A stretch of DNA of 64,000 nt from an uncultured Oscillospiraceae bacterium (GTDB lineage Bacteria > Bacillota > Clostridia > Acetivibrionales > DTU013). The notes beneath the pieces are model-generated. The model ran no database searches, was not told the DNA's origin, and was given only the letters and a program-made list of their open reading frames with translations. The translations under genes and the position numbers were made by a program. Of the stretch, positions 29,053 through 37,207 are shown piece after piece. The DNA lies in contig CAZPMC010000001.1 in NCBI GenBank assembly GCA_964587755.1, positions 53,127-117,126 of the forward strand. Direction: 5' to 3'. Position 1 is the stretch's first letter, and each line of letters starts with the position of its first letter.

Positions 29053-30420
29053 TTAATTGAGAGGTGGAATTTTTAACGTCTGGCCAATCTGCAGCATGTT
29101 CGGATCCGTCATGTTGTTAGCTTCCATGATCAGCTTATATTTGCTTTCATCTCCATAAAATTTCTTGCTGATCTTCATTAACATATCTCCTGGTTTAACA
29201 ACATATGTTGTCCCTTCAGGTCCAACCAGATTTTCGTTATCATTTGCTCCTGCATTAGACCCCTCGTGGGTAGGATCTGTTTCATCACTGCCGGTTTCAC
29301 CATCAGGATCCTCGAGCCCCGATACATTGTCCGGATCTGTTTCATCATCCGGATTATCTATATCAGCTGTGTTGCCGGGCATATTTGTGCTTGATGAAGT
29401 GGATTCATTTTGATTTATAGCGTCTAACACTTCCGGAGCCCTGACTTTCATCCAAAGCTTATATCCTCCAAACACAACGGCTGCAAGCAACAGAAAAAAT
29501 ATTAGCATTGATGCTATACCGCCTACATCTACCCCTTTTTTGTCGTTGCGTCTTGGAGAATTCCTTTTGCTGTAGGAAGTCCTGCTTGGCTTATAGGCTT
29601 TTGGCATACCGCTCTTCATTTCTTCACTATCATCATTTTCCTCTATCTTAATTACAATTGCTGTTAAATCATCCCCGCTGTCATTCTTAAAAGCTTCAGC
29701 AACAAGTGAGCTTGCCATTTCGTCAGGCTCAGAATCAGAAGCAAGAATGTCATAAATTTTATCCTCACTGACAGACTCTGCCAGTCCATTGCTGCAAAGC
29801 AAATATACCTGCCCTGCTTTTATCGGGTCTGCATCAGATTTTTTTACTGTTGACGTGCCAATTTCCATTGCTGACTTCTTTTGTCCTGAAAGCATTTCTG
29901 CTTGTTCATCATTTATAATGCCCATTTTTAGAAGTCTCTCGGCTCTTTTATAATCATTTATGACAAGTCTGAAGCTATTACCGTCCAGTTGATATATTCT
30001 GCAACTGCCCAGGTTAACAGCAGCAATACTGCCATTGTCAATTAAAACTCCGGCAAATGCAGTTCTTCTCTGTCTGAAATCACTTTCACCTAGGGAAATA
30101 CTATGTAGGAGATTACCGGTTTGCTCAACGCATTGAACCAGATCATCAAGCTTTACATGAATGTTTTTGGAGCTGGTCTTTGTTTTATCGTGAAATTTCC
30201 TCAGCTCATTTATTACTGAAATGCCTGTATCTTCATCTTCCATACCGTCAGATAAAGCAAATAAACAATTTGAATCACTTGCCTCAAGGGAAATCTGCGA
30301 ATAATCAGCAGCACTGGGGTGAATGAACTTTCCGTTTGCATATATCCTGTCGTCATTTACGATGCTGGCAGTGCCAATACGGGTGACAGCCGAAAAAAGA
30401 ATTTTTGTGGTATTTCCCAT
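29053..30420 (-). CDS. PP2C-like domain / TM helix / acidic linker / LysM domain protein
   Basis: 455 aa. N-terminal region has PP2C-like motifs (IVNDDR, LFALSDGMEDED, GDDLTAIVIKI). TM is GGIASMLIFFLLLAAVVFGGY. D/E/T/P-rich linker. C-terminal LysM is YVVKPGDMLMKISKKFYGDESKYKLIMEANNMTDPNMLQIGQTLKIP. Confidence 0.6.
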   Translation of the reverse strand: MGNTTKILFSAVTRIGTASIVNDDRIYANGKFIHPSAADYSQISLEASDSNCLFALSDGMEDEDTGISVINELRKFHDKTKTSSKNIHVKLDDLVQCVEQTGNLLHSISLGESDFRQRRTAFAGVLIDNGSIAAVNLGSCRIYQLDGNSFRLVINDYKRAERLLKMGIINDEQAEMLSGQKKSAMEIGTSTVKKSDADPIKAGQVYLLCSNGLAESVSEDKIYDILASDSEPDEMASSLVAEAFKNDSGDDLTAIVIKIEENDDSEEMKSGMPKAYKPSRTSYSKRNSPRRNDKKGVDVGGIASMLIFFLLLAAVVFGGYKLWMKVRAPEVLDAINQNESTSSSTNMPGNTADIDNPDDETDPDNVSGLEDPDGETGSDETDPTHEGSNAGANDNENLVGPEGTTYVVKPGDMLMKISKKFYGDESKYKLIMEANNMTDPNMLQIGQTLKIPPLN

Positions 30421-30525
30421 ATATATACCCCCTTATCTTATGTAAAAAAAACATTGGAGACGACAAACCAAGAAGATAAACCTATTAACATAATACCATA
30501 AATTACTTTTATATTCAACAAAATA

Positions 30526-31119
30526 CTATAGCCCCCTTAGTTCATAAAACACTATATATACATCTCCGATAGGTTTATTTTTGACATCTGTTGAGTATGC
30601 GTAGCTCCATTCTGCAAATATATTTTTGCCTTCAATAAGCTCTTGTCTGAATCTTCCCCTGATAACATCACTATATCTTAGAAGCTCCTCCACTTCTTTT
30701 TCCGGAAGGAATTCCTTATTTCCGTAAAACTGTGGCTCTCCTCCTGCTGTCGGAAATACTACTGTAATATCCTTCTTCCCCAATGTCACCAGGTTCCACA
30801 AATCCTTGCCGACTGCCTCGATTACTGTTCTATGGCTGTCTATATCCAGCACTCCGCTCTTTTGTGCAATAAAATACGGATAGTATATTACAATTCCTTT
30901 TTCTGAATACTCGTCAAGCAGCATTTTCCCGGTCTCGGCCGCCTCGGGGGCTTTCACTCCCACTGCTCTTGGCAGGTTTAAATCGTTACTGCCTTCAACA
31001 GCTACTCTTATCGTCCAAAGCAATCTTTCATCAAGCACCGTATCATAAGTAAATTGCTTCCAGGGCACAGCAGGCAGATTCATTCTCTTCAATTCATAAA
31101 AGCCCATATATTTATTCAT
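30526..31119 (-). CDS. Hypothetical protein, weakly resembles the nucleotide-binding (ATP-grasp-like) N-domain of PEP-utilising enzymes
   Basis: 197 aa. LLWTIRVAVEGSNDLNLPRAVGV and SGVLDIDSHRTVIEAVGKDLWNLVTLGKKD recall the PPDK_N segments VAVRSS..ED and SGV.FT.DP....IEA..GLGE.VV.G. This is by eye only. Confidence 0.4.
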   Translation of the reverse strand: MNKYMGFYELKRMNLPAVPWKQFTYDTVLDERLLWTIRVAVEGSNDLNLPRAVGVKAPEAAETGKMLLDEYSEKGIVIYYPYFIAQKSGVLDIDSHRTVIEAVGKDLWNLVTLGKKDITVVFPTAGGEPQFYGNKEFLPEKEVEELLRYSDVIRGRFRQELIEGKNIFAEWSYAYSTDVKNKPIGDVYIVFYELRGL

Positions 31120-31161
31120 GTCGTCCTTCCCGATAAAGTTGATTTATAACACTTCGCACCG

Positions 31162-32358
31162 TTATATTCTGAAATAGTCAAGCATCATTCCGAAGTTTTT
31201 ACCGCAAATCTTTGTGTTGCTAAAGCTCCTATAAATCTGGTGGTGTCCGATTTCCAGGTTTTGAGAGGTTATTCCGTGTCTTATGGATAAGTATGCTTCC
31301 ATGTAAGCTGCAAACTTATCGCAGAACTCGATGATAGTCCCGTCTACAGGTGAAAAAACGTCCTCGTTGTAATACTCACTTATTTTCTCAGAGCTGACTG
31401 TCAACATCTTTTCGTCTATTATTACTTTCCCCGAAAACTCATCCTCGGTATAGTACCTGATCTCCTGCCGCCAATGCTCAGGCAGCAAAGGCAGCAAGAC
31501 CTCTTCCATATTCTTGTCCTCAATTGACTTTATAAGCTCTCCCAGTCCGTCAATGGAATTCTTTACAGGCGAGACTATATCCCGGGTCAGTACTTCAGGC
31601 ATATCATGGAAAAGCCCGGCAAAATAATTATTATATTTACGCTTCTCACAGGGGTCAAGTTGAAGGGTTAAAAGGTAAGAGAGTATGGCAACAATATACA
31701 TGTGACCAGCAACTGAGGTTTCCGGAATTCTTTGAGTTTGAGCCCATCTTTGCTGAAACCTGAGCTGTCCTACTAAATTTAAAAAATCTGTAGCTCCTTT
31801 ATTAAATATAAGCTGTTTAACACCGTCTATATCTCTGTGCTCCTCCAGCCGCTTCTCAATGTTCTTTTTTGTATCCTCCAGCCCGAAAAAATTCTCACTG
31901 AGTCTATATACAATATTAAACTCCCAGCTTGTAGCAAGATAATGAGATGCCTTTAAAATTCTTTTTTCGTTATAGCTATATTCAGGCTCAAAGAGGTATC
32001 TCCTCATTCTCTTGGAAAAGCCTTCTGAAATATCATCAATGCCTAGATCGTGGAGCTTTTTTAAAATAAGCTCGTTTATCTGAGCCCCATGCTTGTCCAT
32101 CAAGGCATGAAAAATCGCAGGTTTTATATCCGTAAGCAGACTCCTTTGAAAAAACTCAAAGATGTCACCCTCAATAAGTCGTGTCCAGTCTATGCTCTGT
32201 CCTGCATCCTCCTCTAATCTGCTAATTACATATGCATAAAACATTTTGTGTGATTGCTTGTCAAGCTCCGTGAAGCCCCGGTGAGGCCGAATATGATCGT
32301 TCCATCTTTGAATGCTGGCAGCTTGGTATATAAACCTGAGAAAGCTCTCCCTTATCAT
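31162..32358 (-). CDS. HD-domain phosphohydrolase (YfbR-like), apparently tandem: degenerate N-terminal copy plus intact C-terminal copy
   Basis: 398 aa. IQRWNDHIRP...ELDKQSHKM (copy 1), then QQRWAQTQRIPETSVAGHMYIVAIL...FAGLFHDMPEVLTRDI (H...HD...D). Confidence 0.7.
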   Translation of the reverse strand: MIRESFLRFIYQAASIQRWNDHIRPHRGFTELDKQSHKMFYAYVISRLEEDAGQSIDWTRLIEGDIFEFFQRSLLTDIKPAIFHALMDKHGAQINELILKKLHDLGIDDISEGFSKRMRRYLFEPEYSYNEKRILKASHYLATSWEFNIVYRLSENFFGLEDTKKNIEKRLEEHRDIDGVKQLIFNKGATDFLNLVGQLRFQQRWAQTQRIPETSVAGHMYIVAILSYLLTLQLDPCEKRKYNNYFAGLFHDMPEVLTRDIVSPVKNSIDGLGELIKSIEDKNMEEVLLPLLPEHWRQEIRYYTEDEFSGKVIIDEKMLTVSSEKISEYYNEDVFSPVDGTIIEFCDKFAAYMEAYLSIRHGITSQNLEIGHHQIYRSFSNTKICGKNFGMMLDYFRI

Positions 32359-32516
32359 AAGCTAATACCCCTTTTGTATTAATTATATCTGATATCATAT
32401 TATAGCACTATTTGGTATCCACATATATTACAAATTGTTAAATAAACTTCGTTGTAACCCATTTACATAAATTGAATAATATAAAGTACCTGATATACTT
32501 ATGGGGGTGATCCATT

Positions 32517-32636
32517 ATGGCAGAAGAAGACAGAGGGTTATTCTTCGGCGGCAGCATTATTTGGATAATTATTATAATAATTCTCATTATCTGCCTTTTC
32601 CCGGTGTTTACTAAGCCTATCGGCTGCAAGCGCTAA
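32517..32636 (+). CDS. Candidate 39-aa tiny hydrophobic protein (below the track cutoff)
   Basis: MAEEDRGLFFGGSIIWIIIIIILIICLFPVFTKPIGCKR*. RBS GGGGGTGA lies 6 nt upstream and a terminator follows directly. Resembles the tiny-TM (YjcZ-like) peptides of Firmicutes. Confidence 0.4.
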   Translation: MAEEDRGLFFGGSIIWIIIIIILIICLFPVFTKPIGCKR

Positions 32637-32644
32637 GTAAAATT

Positions 32645-32675
32645 GGGCTATTAGCCAATCGCTAATAGCCCTTTT
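32645..32675. terminator. Bidirectional intrinsic terminator
   Basis: GGGCTATTAGC-CAATC-GCTAATAGCCC plus TTTT, flanked by AAAATT on the other side. Confidence 0.7.
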
Positions 32676-32680
32676 ACATA

Positions 32681-33073
32681 TTAGAAAAATCCCCCAAACG
32701 GAGACCAGGGAAAGAAACCAAAGGGGCGGCGTCGCCTATCCAAAAGATTTCTGATAAAAAGTATTCCAATAAGGTTTCGAAGTAAACGTCTTCCTCCAAA
32801 TCCCAACTGTCTTTCTCCTGATTCTTTCTCTATCACCTTAGTTACTTCCGGCTCCACTTTTTTCATTATGTCATTTGTAATAGCTTCTATTTGATCCTTA
32901 GTCGGGGTGTACATCGTACCAAATTGCATATTCATATTATTGCAATAACCCTCGACAACTGGATTTACAATGTTGTATACATTTGGATACATATTTTCCA
33001 GCTGAGCATCAGCAGCCATAGACATAGGGTTGTTATACTGAGCGGGCATGTAGCCATACACATTATCCTGCAT
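32681..33073 (-). CDS. Hypothetical protein (N/M/Y-rich N-terminus, basic G/F-rich C-terminus)
   Basis: 130 aa. MQDNVYGYMPAQYNNPMSMAADAQLENMYPNVYNIVNPVVEGYCNN...RRRRPFGFFPWSPFGGFF. I recognise no family. Confidence 0.5.
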   Translation of the reverse strand: MQDNVYGYMPAQYNNPMSMAADAQLENMYPNVYNIVNPVVEGYCNNMNMQFGTMYTPTKDQIEAITNDIMKKVEPEVTKVIEKESGERQLGFGGRRLLRNLIGILFIRNLLDRRRRPFGFFPWSPFGGFF

Positions 33074-33217
33074 AATAACACCTCCGTATAAAAATCTTAT
33101 TACATATTATGTTAAGCACCAATACTGTGTTACATATGTACTTGCAACTTCTTTTAAACAGAATAATATTATGGTAGAATGTTGATGATTAATTTGCAAA
33201 CCCGGAGGTCACACCTG

Positions 33218-34531
33218 ATGGAAGAAAAAGCCTGGATAGTCTCTGCTAGCATGGGATTGGGACATCAAAGGGCTACCTACCCTTTTTCCGACATTGCTTA
33301 CGATGGTATACAGCTATTTGGAGAAAACCAAATGTCTGACAAAAGAGAAAAAACACTGTGGAGGATATTTCAGGATTCATATGAAACTCTTTCAAGGACA
33401 AAGCAAATACCCCTAATCGGTCCTTCACTGTTCAGTATGCTTGAAAAGCTTCAAAATATATCGCCTTATTACCCCAGACGAGATCAATCAAAGCCCTCTC
33501 TCCAGGTTAAATCCCTGTATTATTTTATCAGTCGGGGAATGGGCAGTGGCATTAGCAAAAAGCTATCTATTAAAAAACTTCCTGTAGTAACCTCCTTTTA
33601 TGCTGCCGCAGTTGCTGCAGAACTGCTTACAGATCTGCCGGTATATTGCATCATATGCGATGCTGATATCAATAGAGTCTGGGTGGCAGAAAAGCCTGAA
33701 AAGAGCAGAATTGTCTATTTTGCTCCATGCGGAAATGCCGTGCGCCGTCTTAGGGAATACGGAGTTCCTGACCAGCGGATTTTCCTTACCGGCTTCCCTC
33801 TTCCAAAAGAGAATACCGGTCCAAACAATATGAACATCCTGCGCCATGACCTGGCTAAAAGGCTTATTCGTCTTGACCCAACAAAACGCTTTAGAATTAT
33901 TCACGGAGTGGAGGTAAAGCATTACCTGGGAGAGTATTGGGATCCTGAAGCCGAACCCTCCCCCCTTACATTAACATACGCCACAGGCGGGGCAGGTGCT
34001 CAGGCCGAGCAGGTAGAAGGACTATTAAAAAGCCTTAGTAAGGACATCAAAGCAGGCAATATCAAGGTAAACCTGGTGGCAGCCCATAGAAATGAGGTGT
34101 ACGCCTATTATAAAAAGCTGGTAAAGGCTGAAGGCTTAATTACATCTCCAAATGTCAGAATATTATACACGCCTGATAAGCATCTTTATTTCAAAGAGTT
34201 TAATCAGTTACTTCGCAATACGGATATACTTTGGACGAAACCTTCTGAATTGTCATTTTACTGTGCCCTTGGAATACCGATTATTATTGCTCCTCCTATA
34301 GGTCCTCATGAAGTGCTTAATAAACGCTGGCTCAGGGATCTGGGGGCAGGGCTCCACCAGTCGGATCCTCAATACTGTGCTGAATGGATAAAGGATTACC
34401 TATATGACGGGAAGCTCTCTTTATCGGCATGGAACGGATTCCTGTATGCAAGGAAGCTGGGGACTGACCGGATTATAGAGGTTCTTGAGACAGGAAGAAT
34501 GGAAAGATTCTATTCTCCCCTGCTTCGTTAG
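33218..34531 (+). CDS. Putative GT-B-fold glycosyltransferase (MGDG-synthase/MurG-like); function uncertain
   Basis: ORF 33179..34531. Start MEEKAW follows RBS GGAGG. N-terminal SASMGLGHQRA (G.GH motif of lipid GT28-like enzymes). C-terminal ILWTKPSELSFYCALGIPIIIAPPIGPHEVLNKRWL resembles the donor-binding half. Confidence 0.45.
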   Translation: MEEKAWIVSASMGLGHQRATYPFSDIAYDGIQLFGENQMSDKREKTLWRIFQDSYETLSRTKQIPLIGPSLFSMLEKLQNISPYYPRRDQSKPSLQVKSLYYFISRGMGSGISKKLSIKKLPVVTSFYAAAVAAELLTDLPVYCIICDADINRVWVAEKPEKSRIVYFAPCGNAVRRLREYGVPDQRIFLTGFPLPKENTGPNNMNILRHDLAKRLIRLDPTKRFRIIHGVEVKHYLGEYWDPEAEPSPLTLTYATGGAGAQAEQVEGLLKSLSKDIKAGNIKVNLVAAHRNEVYAYYKKLVKAEGLITSPNVRILYTPDKHLYFKEFNQLLRNTDILWTKPSELSFYCALGIPIIIAPPIGPHEVLNKRWLRDLGAGLHQSDPQYCAEWIKDYLYDGKLSLSAWNGFLYARKLGTDRIIEVLETGRMERFYSPLLR

Positions 34532-34536
34532 AAAAT

Positions 34537-35361
34537 CTATCCTTTATACATTTGTGATACTATATATGCTTCCAGTTTTCTCGGTACAAGCCTTTTTAAA
34601 AAAACAAGCAGCTTATATTGGATGCCAACTGCGCAAGACAAAGGCGGATTTTTTCTTTTTATTATTTTTTCTACTGCCTTTGCCACGACGACCGGCTCAG
34701 GGCCGCTATTTTCATCTCGTTCCATAACACGCACAGATCTCTTACAATATTCTGCGTAAGCTGAATTGTCATCTGCAGGCTTTACAAAAACCCTGTTTTT
34801 TGTAAAGCCTGTCTTTGTGTCCCCCGGCTCCACGATTGATACTTTTATTCCAAAGGGCTTAAGCTCATTTCTAAGACAGCCGCTCATCCCTTCAAGAGCC
34901 GCCTTGCTTGCCACATACATTGCCTGGTAAGGTATGGGAAAAACTGCTCCAACGGAGGACATGTTTATAATAAGACCTCTTCCCCGTTGTCTCATGTACG
35001 GAAGAACTTGCCTGATAACTGTGTGGGCTCCGAAAAAATTTGTGTCAAATTGAAGCAGTGCTTCCTTATATGAGGTATCCTCAACAGAGCCTGCAATACC
35101 CATTCCTGCATTATTAATTACAATTCCCAGCTCACCTTCTGCTTCAATAATTTTTTCTATCGCCTCTTTTACGGATTCTTCACTCAAGACATCCATTTGA
35201 AGCATTTTTATTAAGCCGCCATTTCCCAGTTCTTGATTGCACGGTTTTCTAGAGGTTCCATAAACCTTGTAACCCTTTTGAGAAAGCCTTTGTGCTATAG
35301 CCTTGCCAATGCCTGATGAGGCACCTGTTACCAGTACGACATTTCCGTAATATTTACTCAT
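34537..35361 (-). CDS. Short-chain dehydrogenase/reductase (classical SDR)
   Basis: ORF 34537..35373. Start MSKYYGN. TGASSGIGKAIA, NNAG, catalytic YVASK. Confidence 0.9.
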   Translation of the reverse strand: MSKYYGNVVLVTGASSGIGKAIAQRLSQKGYKVYGTSRKPCNQELGNGGLIKMLQMDVLSEESVKEAIEKIIEAEGELGIVINNAGMGIAGSVEDTSYKEALLQFDTNFFGAHTVIRQVLPYMRQRGRGLIINMSSVGAVFPIPYQAMYVASKAALEGMSGCLRNELKPFGIKVSIVEPGDTKTGFTKNRVFVKPADDNSAYAEYCKRSVRVMERDENSGPEPVVVAKAVEKIIKRKNPPLSCAVGIQYKLLVFLKRLVPRKLEAYIVSQMYKG

Positions 35362-35536
35362 ATGCGCCCCCATATTCCATCAAATAATATCCTGACTTGC
35401 ATTTATTTTACCATATAAGGTTTTCGATTTCCTGTTTTTTTCGTTTTATATACTTATCTCGTTTTATGTGGTAAAATAGTTTAAGCTTGGATTAGGTCTA
35501 AAGTTATTCAAATTGCGAAGGAGAGATTTCTGAGAC

Positions 35537-36718
35537 ATGGATATTTTCGAAAAATGCTTTGACTACATGGATTACAAGGAGGCCTTAGCAGCAGGACTTT
35601 ATCCTTATTTTCATGCTCTTGAGACCGGACAGGATACTGAAGTAGTTATCGAAGGCATCAAAACCGTGATGGTTGGTTCAAACAACTATTTAGGTCTCAC
35701 CTCCGATCCCAGAGTAAAAAAAGCTGCTATTGAGGCTGTGGAAGAGTTTGGTTCCGGGTGTTCAGGCTCCAGATTCCTTAACGGCACACTTACACTACAT
35801 CTCGAACTGGAAAAAAAGCTTGCCGAATTTGTTAAAAAAGATGCTGCGCTGACCTTCAGCACAGGCTTCCAGACCAATCTGGGAATTATCACAGCTATCG
35901 CAGGCAGAAACGATTACATACTATGCGACAGCGAAAACCATGCAAGTATTGTTGATGCATGCAGACTTAGTTTTGCCAAGACTCTTAAATTTGAGCACAA
36001 CAACATGGAGGACTTGGAAAGACTTCTCAAAAAAATTGATGACAAACACGGCAAACTAATTGTTGTTGATGGAATATTCAGTATGGAAGGTGATATTGCC
36101 GACCTTCCCTCTATTGTTAAGCTGGCAAAGAAATACGGAGCAAGGGTCATGGTTGACGATGCCCACTCCTTCGGTGTTCTCGGCGAACATGGAAGAGGTA
36201 CAGCAGAGCATTTCGGCTTAGAGGATGAAGTAGACATTATCATGAGCACCTTCAGCAAATCCCTGGCCAGCCTGGGAGGCTTTGTTGCTGGTCAGCAGGA
36301 TGTTATTGATTACATTAAGCACAATTCAAGACCTTTTATATTCTCTGCTTCCATACCACCTGCGAATGCCGCTGCCGCTATTGCTGCTCTTGATATTATC
36401 AAAGCAGAACCTGAAAGAATAAAGAAGCTTGGGGAAATATCTAAATATATGCGTGATGGCTTTAGAAAGCTAGGAATTCCTATTTACGAATCAAATAGTG
36501 AATACACACCCATTGTACCTGTTATGACCTATGAAAATGAACCTACTCTCGTTGTAACAAAAATGCTTCGTGAAGAAGGAGTATATGTAAATCCTGTTCT
36601 CTCCCCTGCAGTGAAGCCAGGACTTTGCAGAATCAGAACAAGCTACACCGCAACCCACACAAAAGAACAGCTTGACTACGCCCTGGAGGCATTCCGCAGG
36701 GTATTCAGCAAGCTCTAA
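35537..36718 (+). CDS. PLP-dependent alpha-oxoamine synthase, closest by eye to bacterial serine palmitoyltransferase (alternatives: BioF, Kbl)
   Basis: 393 aa. AAGLYPYFHALETGQDTEVVIEG...GSNNYLGLTSDP...GSGCSGSRFLNGT...STGFQTNLG...DDAHSFGVLG...STFSKSLASLGG (PLP lysine). Confidence 0.85.
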   Translation: MDIFEKCFDYMDYKEALAAGLYPYFHALETGQDTEVVIEGIKTVMVGSNNYLGLTSDPRVKKAAIEAVEEFGSGCSGSRFLNGTLTLHLELEKKLAEFVKKDAALTFSTGFQTNLGIITAIAGRNDYILCDSENHASIVDACRLSFAKTLKFEHNNMEDLERLLKKIDDKHGKLIVVDGIFSMEGDIADLPSIVKLAKKYGARVMVDDAHSFGVLGEHGRGTAEHFGLEDEVDIIMSTFSKSLASLGGFVAGQQDVIDYIKHNSRPFIFSASIPPANAAAAIAALDIIKAEPERIKKLGEISKYMRDGFRKLGIPIYESNSEYTPIVPVMTYENEPTLVVTKMLREEGVYVNPVLSPAVKPGLCRIRTSYTATHTKEQLDYALEAFRRVFSKL

Positions 36719-36796
36719 TTGAAATATAAGTGCCAGGCACCTAATAATAAAAGAGCCTCGGTTAATACCAAGCTCTTCTTATTTATTATGAAGTAA

Positions 36797-37160
36797 GCTG
36801 TTATCCGTGCGAGCTCGAATGAGGGCGTGGGTTGGTTGCAGCATCATAACCTATATGTATGCAGAAATCTATAAAGGCAGACAGATAAGCAGAGCAATAA
36901 TCCTGTGAGGAGCATTTACAGACTGTGAAATGTGGCGAAATTAGAATGCGGCGACTGGTAGCTTCTGAGAGCAGGCGGATTCAGGCAACGTGTAATGAAG
37001 CGATTACAGGATGTGAAATGCTGGATGGGTCAGCACGGCTGCAAGGCCAACATCTGCGTAGTAACGTTGCAGGCTGTTTATCCTTTGCGAAGCTCGATGT
37101 CGGGATTGCAGTTGTGCTGAACCAGAGACTTATTTCTTACAGCCTGTTTGTGACATTACT
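36797..37160. repeat. GC-rich intergenic block without a credible ORF, carrying two families of degenerate direct repeats
   Basis: GCTGTTATCCGTGCGAGCTCGAATGAGGG (36797) vs GCTGTTTATCCTTTGCGAAGCTCGATGTCGGG (37073). TTACAGACTGTGAAATGTGG (36916) vs TTACAGGATGTGAAATGCTGG (37004) vs TTACAGCCTGTTTGTGAC (37137). Lies between convergent genes. Confidence 0.45.
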
Positions 37161-37207
37161 CCGTTGCATGAAGATGTCTGCTCTCGACAGCTACTGCGCC
37201 CGCTGTG

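Noticed and set aside
36790-37207. Tested the GC-rich spacer for CRISPR, RNase P, tmRNA, SRP and group II intron
   Set aside because: The repeats are degenerate with irregular spacing (88, 132 and 276 nt), so it is not a CRISPR array. There is no GAGGAAAGUCC/ACAGAA.CCGGCUUA (RNase P), no tRNA-like ends (tmRNA) and no GGAAGCAGC-type SRP domain IV. It is too short and lacks a domain V-like hairpin for a group II intron. It is kept only as an unexplained element.
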